A stretch of 62,669 nucleotides of DNA, filler included, from Diploschistes diacapsis (lineage: Eukaryota), in assembly GCA_023645945.1 (NCBI GenBank). It is 16 parts of 16 records of this genome, joined end to end, with 100 filler letters (N's around TTAATTAATTAA, not from the genome) between each part and the next. Parts side by side here need not be neighbours in the genome. Positions count along the whole stretch, not along the records: positions 1 to 20,962 come from JALAIB010000320.1; positions 21,063 to 22,440 come from JALAIB010003209.1; 14 more parts are not named here. The stretch is one strand, 5' to 3'. Shown here one piece after another: positions 9,958 to 22,540 of this stretch (positions within the stretch are counted from its first letter, which is position 1; every line of letters begins with the position of its first letter). The notes beneath the pieces are model-generated. The model was given only the letters and a program-made list of their open reading frames with translations, made no database searches and was not told the origin of the DNA. The position numbers were made by a program, and so were the translations under genes.

Positions 9958-12900
9958 ATGGTGAGACTACTTCCATTCGCTCCGCCTTCCTCTTGGCTCA
10001 GTCATATAGGTTTTGTTCAAGCGCAAGCCCGTTCAGTATGCCAAAAGACCGCATATCACCCGGGAGGATCAGGAGGTTTGTGTCTATTTGCCCCTCCGTC
10101 AAGCACACGAGAGACTAACGACCCGGAGATCTGGTATATCGAGGAGACCGACGAGATATTCACGACATACGATGAATACTTATCTCGGTGAGGAGGTCGA
10201 ATCCTCTATTGTAGGATCAAGCTGATTGATGGTAGCATGGACTACTATAGCCAGGTTTACAGCGTAGCACTACACTGATTTTCGGCAACGGCTGACTTCC
10301 CATAGAAATGGTTTAGTAGCGAGGTTAAAGGTGGAGGCAATCTTGACTTCTTCACAGCCCTTGAGCTAGAGGTCAATATGCCCTTGAATAGTATGGATGG
10401 CAACTGATGTAGCCTAGAGAGAGGAATCAAACGAGGTCGACGAGAAGTTCCCGGACTCTTTGCGCGAACCAGTACTCCGGAAGGTTCAGCACTCTACGAT
10501 ATCAAGGATTGACAATCTAGGTAAGTAGTCCGGTATCATAGAAGCTTAATAGGGCTGACTCAAGTTTGCAGTCGATTGGGTTTTTGATGTGAGTCCAAGC
10601 CATTCATAATTCGTGATGCATGCCTAACCCTATACAAGGAGTTCAAAAGGGACTTCTATCCAGGAGAGAAGGTCATTGTCACCCTCGACGACCCTTCGGA
10701 GGGCAAGCTCCAGGGAACCGTTCGCGAAAAAGTTCGCTTTCCAGAGCGATTCAAGGACGATGGCAAAGTAGCGCATCGAGCGTATAGCCGATATTTCGTG
10801 ACGCTGTCTGACAGAACCGACGCAGAAGCTCTCGTTGATGATGAGCACATCTTTCGCGATCGGAAGGTTTTCTCGAAGCAAACCCTTCGGAATTACCTAA
10901 GGGCTTGTTTGCATCGAGAAGCATGGTCAGGAGCCCCTTGGCAGGTGAAAGACGAGCTTGCCAACCAGTTCCGTATCGACACCCAGATCCCAGTTCACCT
11001 GCAGCACGATGCACAAATCATTCAGCGCAAGATAAATCTTCCGAAAAAGGGACAACACAGCGATACTGTCCTCAGCATCTGTGAGCCATCACCAAAGAGC
11101 CTCCCGGAATTGAAACCCAAAGGCCCCAAGGCTAAGCAAACTGCCCAAGAAACGGATCGTGTTAGGCAAGAAAGACTTTTAGAGTATCAACGTGCTGTGC
11201 AGCAAAACCCGAACTTGGCTCAGTCGCCACGCAGCAATCACCCTGGACGCAAAAGTGACCCACAAATTCTACAATTCATCAACCAACATCCTACAGGACC
11301 GAGCATCGCGCCGAAGAGCCTCAAACAAGAGCCGCAGCACCCAGCGCCGCCGCTACCGCCACCCATCAAGTACCCTAGAGAGGATCTTGAAAACCCGATC
11401 TCGTCTAGCCCCAGACCCGCGTTGAAATATCTATCGGATGAAGTCGCCGCTGACGTCCGGGATGAGACAGTTGGTGCCTTGCTTGAGACATGGGATACGC
11501 TCAACGTTTACTGTGAGGTATTTCAATTGGACTCATTTACTTTTGACGATTATTTCGAGGCACTCAATTTCTCATCAGAAGACTTACAAAGTGAGTTGCT
11601 TGTTGAGATTCATTGCGCAGTCCTCAAAAGGCTGGTCAACAGCGAGAACGACCAAAACGGGAAGGCAAATATTGCTCTTCCGAAAACCCAGGAATCCGGG
11701 GAAGACGAATCGGGAAGCCAAACAAAGAGGTCGACGCCGGCACCGACGCCGGAGCCTGAACCTGAGCGCAGAACCACTCGCAATAGTTTGCGCAAATCGG
11801 AAGCTGCGGAAGCTCTTGCGCAAGCCGCACTGGATGCACGGGTTCACTTGGGAGCCGAGCTTGATCAATGTGTCAAGGGCTATGGGTGGAGGAAGAGGCT
11901 AGTAAAGAGGGACTTTGCCAACGGACAGTGGATAGTCATCATCGTTGGTCTTTTGAATCTATATTCGACTGTCAGCCGGCACAAGCGCGTCTGTGAATCG
12001 CTCCTACGAAGGTTGGCGCCACCGGATATGGAGCCTATTGAAAAGACAGCAATTTCGCAGTATTCCACCCTCGACATCAACGATAGGGTCAAAATTATAC
12101 AATTCCTTTGTATGCTTTCTATCGATACTCAAGCCATAAGGGACTACATGGAAGACTGTACTCTGACGATGACCGAGTTTCGAAAGCAGAAAATCGAATT
12201 GCAAAGACAACGCAAAGGACACCTAGAAGAGCTGAAAAACCTAGATCAAGAAAGGCGAGCATTGCAACCGGAAGCGCCAGGCTTAGCACCGGAAATTGAG
12301 CAGCTAGCTGAGCAAATAGAGGATGAGGAGATGAAGGACGGCGACGAGACCGAGGACGCAGAGAAGACGGAAGAAGCCGTCCCAGATTCCGACGAGGAGC
12401 CCATGCCAGCCAGGTCTCTTCGGAGGGCGAAAGATCGAGAAACTGAGCGGAAAAAGCGGCGTCAAGAGGAAGAGAAGCGAAAAGAGAAGGCCAAAGCAGA
12501 AAAGGCGAAGAAGCCCAGCAAGGAGGCTCGGCAACTAGAAAAGGTTATGAAAAAGCTTGAAGCGGTAAAAGACAGTATCAAACAGTGTGAAGCGGATATT
12601 TCCGTATGCGACAACGACCTCCGCGAAAACGACTGTCCTCGCACGCGCGTCCTCGGTAAAGACAGATTCTGGAACCGCTATTACTGGTTTGAGCGCAATG
12701 CGATGCCCTATGGTGGGTTACCGAGTAGCTCGACTGCGCACGCTGAGTATGCCAACGGTTGTCTATGGGTCCAAGGCCCGGATCCTTTGGAGAGAGCCGG
12801 CTTCATCGACGGTTCGGACGCGGAAAGCGCAAAACACTCCCAAGCGTTCGGCTGCGTCATTGCAGAGCGCAAACGGAAGGAAGAAGGAGAGACTTCTCTC

Positions 12901-13368
12901 GGTGGCTATCTTGAGTGGGGCTTCTACGACTCTCCTGAAGATCTGGACAAACTCATCGGCTGGCTGAGCGAAAAAGGCACGCGCGAGGTCAAGCTACGTA
13001 AAGAGCTTCTCGCCCAGCGTGAGCAGATCTCGATTCACATGGACAAGCGGAAGGCCTATCTGGAAAGCGATCGCGGAAAAGGCGCGGAGTCGGCGGAACC
13101 GGTCGTGGCCAGGGTTTCTACGCGTACAAAGACTTATGTGGACCCGGACGGACCTCGTTTCATGCAGTGGCGGAACACGACCGCGTTTAGGGAGAATGGG
13201 CATATCCATTCAGAGCCACCGAAGGGTCCCAAAAAAGGAATTGCGAGGCCACTGAAGAGGAAGCCAGATCCACTTCCGGTGGTTGAGGATGAGCCGAGGA
13301 AAACAAGGGGGTCGGTGGGGAAGAAGGCGAAGACGCTGGGGAGGCAAGGGACCAGATATGATTTTTGA
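9958..13368 (+). CDS. ITC1: ISW2 chromatin-remodelling complex subunit (WAC, DDT, WHIM/WSD domains)
   Basis: ATG exon + VLFKRKPVQY...IWYIEETDEIFTTYDEYL (WAC); LLETWDTLNVYCEVFQLDSFTFDDY (DDT); LGKDRFWNRYYWFE and WGFYD...LIGWL...GTREVKL (WSD). Seven short 5' introns, then the long exon of ORF 10798..13368. Confidence 0.92.
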
Positions 13369-14230
13369 GAGTTCTGTATGTGGGGAAAAGACGCAGTGTT
13401 TTAATCAAGCGATCTTGTACGGCGCTGGTAAGAATCGGGGCGTGTTGGGTTTATCTTTGAGCTTGTACGCATGGCACCGGAGCAAGCGAGCTGATGGAGC
13501 AGGTTCCAAAATGGTTACGACTAACGATCATGTCCATGGGCGGTGTAAGAGAAGCCTCGGGCTTATTTTCCCCTTTCTGTTATAGAATGGGGCTTGTGAC
13601 GGCAGAGACTCTCGGATAGGAAACTAAGATGTGCCAGAGTGGTTAAATGGGGGCCCTTGCTTGCTTTGTATAACACTCAGAATATAAGAAGAGATAATAT
13701 GTTATACTCGATATTAGACTGGAATATCTCAAGTGCAGCATAGTGTAATCTATAATGGGTAAATGGTACGGCTACAATTAATCTCAATAACCTGTATACC
13801 ATGTTTTAGAAGCAGGCGACTGAATCCATGCGTAATGTTGGCAGTGGCTCTTAAGAGCGGACAATCTCATGAGGTCTTCTCCTATAACCTGCTTACACAG
13901 ACACAATATGCACTAACATTGTCCAAAACCTCCCGTAGAAGACTTGACCAGCCTCCTCAGGGACGCTCAACCCGCACGTTCGACGCGGTTGTCGCCCAAC
14001 ATTGAAATCGAGCAATTCACCGTGGCATTTACCAGTCTTCAGCCCCCATAGTCGTCAATGAACCCGGGAGGGACTCCATGGCATTACTGCCATCTTGTTA
14101 AATCCGCAGCTTCCGCAACCCATCCGAATCAAACCATCATTGGGGGCGCGCCAGCTTCTTCCTCCTCTCTCTTCCTCTCACAAATAGGCTAAATTTCTCG
14201 CAATCCGAAGTCCGAACATCCCATGGCCCC

Positions 14231-14641
14231 TCACTTCGACGAAAACTTCTGCCCCATAACAACCGGCACCCCTTTCTTCCACCCCTCCCTGGCTTCCGAC
14301 TTTCCACACATAGCACATGCATTTTCTTTGTACGCGCAGCCATGGCACAGGACCTTCCCCTGCTCCGTCTTCGCGGTACACTTCCTGCACGAGCTCGAGT
14401 ACGAGGCGTACGGGTTCTTGGCGTTCTTGCCGAGAAGCTTGCTCTTCGAGACGCCGGCCTTGCCTAGCACGGCGGAGGAAGAAGAGGAGGAGGAGGTCTT
14501 GTTCTTGTTTGACGACGAGGAGGCATTGCCGGCGCCAGAGCCGGACGCGGGCGAGCCGTAGTAGATCTCGCTCTTGCGCTTGACGCCGGGAGTGGCAAGG
14601 GTGGTGCCTTTCGAGAGGCGCTGGCATTTGGCGCAGACCAT
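14231..14641 (-). CDS. CRIPT: Cysteine-rich PDZ-binding protein (CRIPT family)
   Basis: MVCAKCQ...LATP...NPYASY..C..C......G...CHGCAYKENACAMCGK....QKFSSK. The true ATG is at 14641, inside ORF 14231..14716. Poly-Ser insertion. Confidence 0.9.
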   Translation of the reverse strand: MVCAKCQRLSKGTTLATPGVKRKSEIYYGSPASGSGAGNASSSSNKNKTSSSSSSSAVLGKAGVSKSKLLGKNAKNPYASYSSSCRKCTAKTEQGKVLCHGCAYKENACAMCGKSEAREGWKKGVPVVMGQKFSSK

Positions 14642-14926
14642 GGCGAGGTGGGGAGGAGGGGTTGCGAGGCACTTCAGATGGTCTTTATTGCCGCCAGACG
14701 GGTCAAGTTGCACCACTGCAGGTTATTCTGTTCGGGTCCCATCAAAGCCACTAAAATCCTGAAGTATAAGTATCGGTGGTTGGTCGTCAATGCCGAGCGT
14801 GCACGTGACCGACATCCTCAAGGGGAGCAACGGCTGCTAAATATAAGCTTTACGAAGATGAGATGCGCTGCAAGCTGTTATTTGAATGATCCGACCAGGA
14901 TAATTTGTAAAGACATCTCGTACACT

Positions 14927-14960
14927 TACACACGTACACACGTACACACGTACACACGTA
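14927..14960. repeat. (TACACACG)4 tandem repeat in CRIPT/DRS2 divergent intergenic region
   Basis: Direct reading: tacacacg x4 + ta. Confidence 0.9.
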
Positions 14961-15313
14961 TGTTTCGAGAAATATATTCCGCCCATGACCTAGTAGGACT
15001 GTGTAAACGCATTCTGTTTGAAGTGTCCAGCCCTGTATTACACACTTCATGCGCTTCGCCAAGGGATCAGGCGTGGGTTGGTGTACCGCATGGAAGTGCT
15101 GCGGCTACAAGCCTAAAGTAAGCCTTTATCGACACGACCTTTTCGACGCAAACACTTGAAACAGACCAGGACCGCGTGAATTGCTCCTCGGCAGCATCGT
15201 CAAGATCAGTTGTAGATCGAGGAACGACAAGAGGTGGGACCCGAACAACAGACAGAACTGCCTCACGACTATTGCAACGCTAAAGGCAATCTGGCGCCCG
15301 CCATTCCTCTGGC

Positions 15314-18300
15314 ATGGCTGCGAAGCCGCCGGAAGGCAGCCATGGACAGAATGCCACAAATCCAAACGCACTGCTAGACTTTGACGAAGGTGAACCATAT
15401 TACAGTTCAGGTGAGCCGCCACCCGTTAGCGACGACCGCATACTCTACTCCTACGACATTGACGACTCCGAAATACCGCAACACCGCCCTTCCACCTCGT
15501 ATGATGAATTTGTCGGTGCACAAGCCCCCAATATGGGCTCACATGTGGGATCTACGACAGCCGCGTACGAGCAGCCTCAGGCCCCTTACCTGCGCAGCGG
15601 AGCAGGCTTCTCACAGACATCGGGCCTAAACAATTACCAGCGGTACTCGGACATAGACGACCTCCCCGAAGATGGCAACGGGTATTACCAGATGGGAAGA
15701 GATGAGCCGGATACACCCGGGATCGGAATGATAAGCGGTGGTCGCATGAGGAACAGGAATAGCGCCATGCTGATGGGCGGAGGGTTGCTGGGGAGAGCAA
15801 AGGTAGCCTTGGGGATGGGGCCGAAGTACTCCGAAATGGACCTCCCACTTACGGAGCCTGGTCAAAGACCAATGTCGGACGCTGAGCCATCAAAGGAGCG
15901 CAGCAGGAAACATGATACCAGCAACTTCAAGTTTGGGTTTGGTAGGGGCAAGCCAGATCCGTCGACACTCGGTCCACGCATAATTCATCTTAACAACCCT
16001 CCCGCGAATGCCGTCAACAGGTGGGTCGACAATCATATCTCAACGGCCAAGTATAACGTTGCTACCTTCCTGCCCAAATTCATCTTCGAGCAATTCTCTA
16101 AATACGCGAACCTCTTCTTCTTGTTCACCGCCATCCTTCAACAGATTCCAAACATCTCCCCTACCAATACATGGACCACGATCGTTCCCTTGTGTATTGT
16201 ACTTTTGACCTCGGCAATCAAGGAGCTAGTGGAAGACCACAAGCGAAAAGTCACCGACCGCTCCCTGAACCACTCCCAGGCGAAGGTCCTCCGCGGCAAT
16301 AGCTTCGAGACCGCAAAGTGGGTCGATATTGCCGTTGGCGACATTGTGAGAGTGGAGTCAGAGGAACCATTTCCTGCGGATCTCGTTCTTCTTGCCAGTT
16401 CCGAGCCGGAAGGGCTCTGTTACATTGAAACAGCAAACTTGGATGGAGAGACCAACCTGAAAATCAAACAGGCCATACCGGAGACAGCCAATCTGCACAA
16501 CCCAGGCGAGCTGAGTAGGCTTACCGGCCGAATGCGGTCTGAGCAACCCAACAGCAGCCTCTACACCTATGAAGCAACTCTAACAATGCAGGCAGGCGGC
16601 GGCGAGAAAGAGCTCCCTTTGGCGCCTGATCAGCTCCTACTTCGAGGTGCTGTACTTCGGAATACCAACTGGATTCACGGTGTCGTTGTTTTCACCGGAC
16701 ACGAGACGAAGCTGATGCGGAATGCCACCGCTACCCCGATCAAAAGGACTGCTGTAGAGAGGCAGCTTAATATTCAGATTCTGATGCTGGTAGCCATTCT
16801 CATCTTGCTCAGCATTATCAGTACCATCGGAGACTTGGTGACCCGAAACAATGACGCTTCGCAGCTTGTCTACCTCATGATCGACTTTTCTACACCTACT
16901 GTAGTACAGTTCTTCTCGGACCTGGCTACTTACTGGGTTCTGTACTCGAATCTTGTACCTATCTCGCTGTTCGTCACGATAGAAATTGTCAAATACTACC
17001 ATGCCTTCCTGATCAACTCGGACCTCGATATGTACCACGACGATACCGATACGCCCGCGGTGTGTCGAACATCTTCTCTTGTGGAAGAGCTTGGCCAAAT
17101 TGACTACATCTTCTCCGACAAAACCGGAACCCTTACCTGCAATCAGATGGAGTTCAAGCAGTGCACAATTGCTGGGATTCAGTATGCGGAAGAGGTGCCA
17201 GACGACAAGCGAGCGGTCGCTGGCGGACCAGGGCTCAACGACTTTGGCAGGTTACGGGAGAACCTCAAGACCGACGAAACCCGTGACGTAATTCACAATT
17301 TTCTTGCGTTGCTGGCAACCTGTCATACCGTAATCCCCGAGAGGCGGGACGACAGCTCGGAAATAAAGTATCAGGCTGCGTCTCCCGATGAAGGAGCTCT
17401 CGTGCAGGGCGCTCTTTCTCTGGGGTACCGCTTCGTTGCGCGCAAGCCTCGAGCGGTCAAGATCGAAGCTCATGGAGTAGAGCTTGAGTACGAGCTGCTA
17501 GCAGTTCTGGAATTCAATTCGACCCGTAAGCGGATGTCAACCATCTTCCGCTGTCCGGATGGAAAGATTCGGGTCTACTGCAAAGGGGCGGACACTGTCA
17601 TTCTCGAGCGACTTGGGCCTGAGAACCCGATCGTGGATGTGACATTGCAGCAGCTGGAAGAATACGCTACGGAGGGGTTGAGGACACTCTGTCTTGCCAT
17701 GCGAGAAGTCCCCGAGCAAGAATTTCAAGAGTGGTTTCAAGTCTTCGAGAAAGCTTCGACGACCGTGGGGGGCAACCGCGCAGATGAGGTCGATAAGGCT
17801 GCAGAACTGATCGAGCACGATCTCTATCTTCTCGGAGCTACTGCTATTGAGGACAGGCTCCAAGAAGGCGTTCCAGAGACCATCGCTACCTTGCAAACTG
17901 CAGGTATCAAGGTCTGGGTACTCACAGGAGACAGACAAGAGACGGCCATCAACATCGGCATGAGTTGCAAGCTGATCAGCGAGGATATGACGCTGCTAAT
18001 AGTCAACGAAAACTCGCCGCAAGCGACGCGAGACAACATCTCCAAGAAGCTGAATGTCGTGCAGAACCATGCATCGGGCATGGTTGAGCGCGAGACGATG
18101 GCACTCATCATCGACGGCAAGTCACTCACGTATGCCTTGGAGAAGGATCTGGAGAAGATGTTTCTGGACCTTGCCATTAATTGCAAGGCTGTGATATGCT
18201 GGTATTTTCTCTTTTCCCGTGTGTTAAACTCCTCACTAATTCGCTATAGTCGTGTCTCGCCTCTTCAGAAAGCGCTTGTCGTAAAGCTCGTCAAGCGACA

Positions 18301-19463
18301 TTCCAAATCTCTTCTGCTGGCCATCGGCGATGGTGCGAACGATGTTTCCATGATCCAAGCTGCTCACGTCGGCGTCGGGATTAGCGGTGTAGAAGGTCTA
18401 CAGGCCGCAAGGAGCGCTGATGTCGCGATCGGGCAGTTTCGCTTCCTTCGTAAACTTCTTCTGGTGCATGGCGCGTGGAGTTACCAGCGGATATCCAAAG
18501 TTATTCTGTATTCTTTCTACAAAAACATTGCTCTGTACATGACTCAGTTTTGGGTAAAGTCTTTCGTCCTAGAATGCAAGCGATGGCTAACGGTCCAAGT
18601 ATTCCTTTCAAAACGCCTATTCTGGAGAAGTGATTTACGAATCCTGGACCCTGACCTTCTACAACGTCCTCTTCACCGTCCTTCCCCCATTCGTCATGGG
18701 TATTTTCGACCAGTTCATCTCCGCCCGGCTCCTCGACCGCTACCCGCAACTCTACCAGCTTGGGCAAAAGGGAGTCTTTTTCAAAATGCACTCCTTCTTC
18801 CTCTGGATCGCAAACGGCTTTTACCACTCCTTGGTCGCCTACATCGCCTGGGAGTTCATCACCTTCTGGGACATGCCTCTGCAGACGGGCTGGACAGGGG
18901 GCCACTGGCTTGCAGGCACGGCCCTCTATGGCGCCGTCTTGGCAACGGTCCTCGGTAAAGCCGCGCTGGTCACGAATATCTGGACCAAGTGGACCGTCCT
19001 GGCTATACCCGGGAGTCTACTGTTCTGGTTCGCGTGGATACCATTCTACGCAACCGTGGCGCCGAAGTTGCACTTTTCAACAGAGTACACGGGTATCGTC
19101 CCGGAACTGTTCACATCGCCAGTTTTCTATCTCATGGTACTCGTCATACCGTTCCTATGTCTCCTCCGGGACATTTCGTGGAAGTACTTCAAGCGCATGT
19201 ACCGGCCACAGGCGTATCATTTCGTGCAGGAGATCCAGAAGTTTAATGTCCAGGATTACAGGCCGCGGATGGAGCAGTTCCAGAAGGCGATCCGGAAGGT
19301 CAGGCAGGTGCAACGCATGCGGAAGCAGAGGGGATACGCATTCTCCCAGGCGGACGAGAGCCAGACGAGGGTGCTGCAGGCGTACGATACCACGCAGGGA
19401 AGGGGCAGGTATGGGGAGATGGCGAGCTCGAGACCGAGGGGGAAGTCCAAGGGGAGAAGGTGA
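15314..19463 (+). CDS. DRS2: P4-type ATPase, aminophospholipid flippase (Drs2/DnfB)
   Basis: NLDGETNLK, YSNLVPISLFV, FSDKTGTLT, WVLTGD, IGDGAND, QQIPNISPT and C-terminal RMRKQRGYAFSQ. Introns 18202-18249 (in-frame) and 18554-18599 join ORFs 15314 and 18630. Confidence 0.96.
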
Positions 19464-19855
19464 AGCTTGCTGCAAGTGTATTACCACTGTATACGAAAAC
19501 GTTCCTGTTCTCACTACTTGTTCTCTCTTCCTTCCAGCATCATCGGTGGTTGCAAGGCGTCTTGGCGGTATGATACGCACTTTTCTGCGCTGCGCGTGAA
19601 TCGCGCCTTACTAGAGAGCGCCTAGATTCGAAGGCTCGCCGGCAAGTTATTTTTTGTATCGCGGCTACTGTACACTTGATAATGAAGTGATACCTGCTGC
19701 TTTTTCTATTTTCGAATCGTGTCATTTTTACACATGCCAATATCGGGTTGCAGTGGTTCTACCTGCTCTTGCCCCGCATTTCGATGACCGTTGTTTAACG
19801 ACATTGCCTCGTGGGATACTCAGGTATTCTGGGCCGCCGGAATCATAAATATGCA

Positions 19856-20962
19856 ATGAGTTCCAAATCTCTGTACCAAAGACTCCGTGGTCGAGCCACT
19901 TCCTCTCATGGCCGCGTCCCCCTGCTGAACAAGCTGCCGCTGCCGGCAGCGGCGATTATCTTGTGCCTGGTCCTGGTGAACTGTGCGGTGTGGGCTGCGG
20001 CAGGGGTCGTTTTTGTAAGATTCTTATTTCTTGAGCAGAAACTCATACGGGTTAGACGGGCACGGGACAAGGCTGATCTTGCCACAGCACTATCAGCCGT
20101 GAGTCACTGCAGCGCTTCTTGTCCGGACCTCACAGCCCTAGCTGAGAGGGTAATGCACGAGAAGCTGATGCCAGAGCCTAGCGGCCTCATCTCGACGGCG
20201 GTCCTGGCGTACACCCTGGGTCTCCGGCACGCGCTTGATGCGGACCACATCTCTGTACGGCCTTTCTGGTCCACCCTTTTCTCTCCCATCGTGTGACCTC
20301 CCCCATCCCACCGCTACGGCGCTGAAAGAGCTCCCCTTCTGACGCTGTGGCTTGGGCCAGGCAATTGACCTGATGACGCGCCGCCTCCTTGCTACCGGGC
20401 AGCAACCAGTTACCGTCGGCACGTGGTTTTCTTTGGGACACTCGACGTACTTCCTTTTCTCTTTTTTTCCCTCCTCTCTTATATAGCGCTCAACCCCTTC
20501 GTTTCTGCAGTTCCCTTCATACTATACTATCATTCTCCCCCCGTGAAGACACCCTCACACCCGTCTATTCTCTTACAAAACCTCGCTCATTGCCCGCTGC
20601 CGCTATATCTTCCATCCGAATGTCCATCCACTCCCCCACTTTCACCTTCCTTCTGTCCCCCTATTCCCCCCTATCCCACACTAAACACAAAAAACCAGCA
20701 TCGTCCTCCTAACCTCCCTCCTCGTCGCGAGCACCTCCTCCACCATCTCCCAGCACTTCTCCGCCTTCTCCAGCATCGGCGGTATAATCGGCAACGCCGT
20801 CTCCGCTGGCCTACTGCTCATCCTGGGCGCCATGAATGCTCGGATCCTGTGGAAGCTTGTGCGGCAGATGAGGAGGCTGTTGAAGGCGGAAAGGGTGGCA
20901 CAGGCACAGGCAGAGGTTCGAGTAAGGGAAGGGCGGGAGATGTGCAGTGGAGGGTATGGTGT
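19856..20962 (+). CDS. High-affinity nickel/cobalt transporter (NiCoT, Nic1-like), 3' truncated by contig end
   Basis: Signature [16 protein letters not shown] and [13 protein letters not shown] across spliced exons. Includes an 11-nt microexon at 20088-20098. Confidence 0.9.
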
Positions 20963-21062
20963 NNNNNNNNNNNNNNNNNNNNNNNNNNNNNNNNNNNNNN
21001 NNNNNNTTAATTAATTAANNNNNNNNNNNNNNNNNNNNNNNNNNNNNNNNNNNNNNNNNNNN
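20963..21062. other. Artificial contig spacer N44-TTAATTAATTAA-N44 (first of 15 identical spacers; last at 61197-61296)
   Basis: Identical 100-nt linker with stops in all frames, repeated between every contig. Confidence 0.98.
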
Positions 21063-21254
21063 TATCTGAAATACGCGTTTTATATTAAGATTTGGGTCTT
21101 GTTTGATAGCCTGAAGTGCCATTATGATTCTATTTTTAATTAAAGATGATTCCATAATCGTGCGCGTAGAAAATTGATACGAAAGTTAAAAGTTTATAAA
21201 ATCGGATGGGAAGTATCCGTTCGCTATAAGTGTCCGCTCGCTATACATATACGT
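21063..21254. mobile_element. pogo/Fot1-type DNA transposon end, family 2 (RIP-mutated)
   Basis: Terminus read inward: TA|ACGTATATGTATAGCGAGCGGACACTTATAGCGAACGGATAC (ACGT end, TA target, internal direct repeat). The same end recurs at ~47415-47605 and ~47785-47856. Confidence 0.75.
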
Positions 21255-21879
21255 TACATGTTATAATTTATAAATACTCGTGATTTATATACCCGCGTTT
21301 TACGCGGTAAGAAATCGATATCGATCCGTATATTAATTAACCGGAATTGTGTCGATAAATTTCCCGTTTTACGACGAGTACGTGCCCGTTATCCTTCCGC
21401 GGGATTAACGGAAATACATCGTGATTTCTACGAAAGCTTTTAAATAAACGTAAACAACGGCTCTAGAAATTCAGAATTTAAAAAAATAATAATTATAATA
21501 AATAGCTATAATAGTCCTCCGGGCGAGCGCAGGAACTCAGCTTTAACGCCGCGTCAAGGCCGTAGGTCCATATAAGAAGAGTTTTTATAAAGGGATCTCC
21601 TCTTTTCTTCTCTAGAGATTAGTTCATGAATATTATAACCATTACTATCACACTACTGCATCTTATCCTTTACATTTTTTTAGAAGTATCCCTCTTTGTT
21701 AATAACGCGATCATCAATGCGGAACTCGTACGATACGTCTTTATTTAGATTGTTGCTTAAAAAGGTTCTCGAGTATTTAGTTTGGCTTTAGGGATTAGAT
21801 AACGTGTTTAAGTATATAAAAGTAATTGTTTTATAATTTCTCTATATTCTATTACACCGTTGTTTAGAATATCGTTACC

Positions 21880-22330
21880 CTTCGAAACCTAATTCGTTAT
21901 TGATGTTATCGTTAATAAAAACGTGGTCTCGGTATTTTTATTAATCAACTCGTCGGTATCGCTTTATCAGGCTATAATGTCCGATTTTATTATAACTTTT
22001 TCCTAAAGTTGTTTATCCGTTAACAAGTTTTTTGTAAGGTAATTGTTAGTTACGTTGAAATATTAATCTATCGTAATTAAAATATCTTTCTTAGCGATTT
22101 TGTTCTTTGGTCTATAATCTCGGGCGAAGTGGTTTATCTTGCTACATTCGAAGCATTTCTTTTTATTAATTGAAAATCTCTTTTTAGGTTTTTTCGCCTT
22201 TTTTTTCTGATTGGAACGGGATCTGTTAATTAAAGCGTCGAGATTTATAGCATCGTCGTTGTTTATGTGTCTTATATATTATATATTTTTTTTATAATTA
22301 ATTCGATAACGAAGTTCTAGTTTAATAGTT
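21880..22330 (-). mobile_element. Ty3/gypsy gag relic (zinc knuckle), RIP-mutated
   Basis: Minus strand reads DDAINLDA...KKCFECSKINHFARDYR, a degraded xMDLD motif plus CX2CX4HX4C knuckle. Homologous copy at ~46030-46446. Confidence 0.8.
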
Positions 22331-22540
22331 TATTTCGTCTAAAGCGATGTTCCTGGTCTCGATTAAAGAGTCGGTTATTTATAACGATTGAATAAGCTTA
22401 AAGTACCGATAGATTCCTAATCTTGTTTTAATTACGTATGNNNNNNNNNNNNNNNNNNNNNNNNNNNNNNNNNNNNNNNNNNNNTTAATTAATTAANNNN
22501 NNNNNNNNNNNNNNNNNNNNNNNNNNNNNNNNNNNNNNNN

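Noticed and set aside
18202..18249. Apparent insertion WYFLFSRVLNSSLIRYS in DRS2 and apparent frameshift near 18554
   Set aside because: Explained by two short GT-AG introns; not a pseudogene or recoding event.
21007..21018. Recurrent TTAATTAATTAA motif as a biological repeat
   Set aside because: Always centred in identical N-runs; assembly linker.
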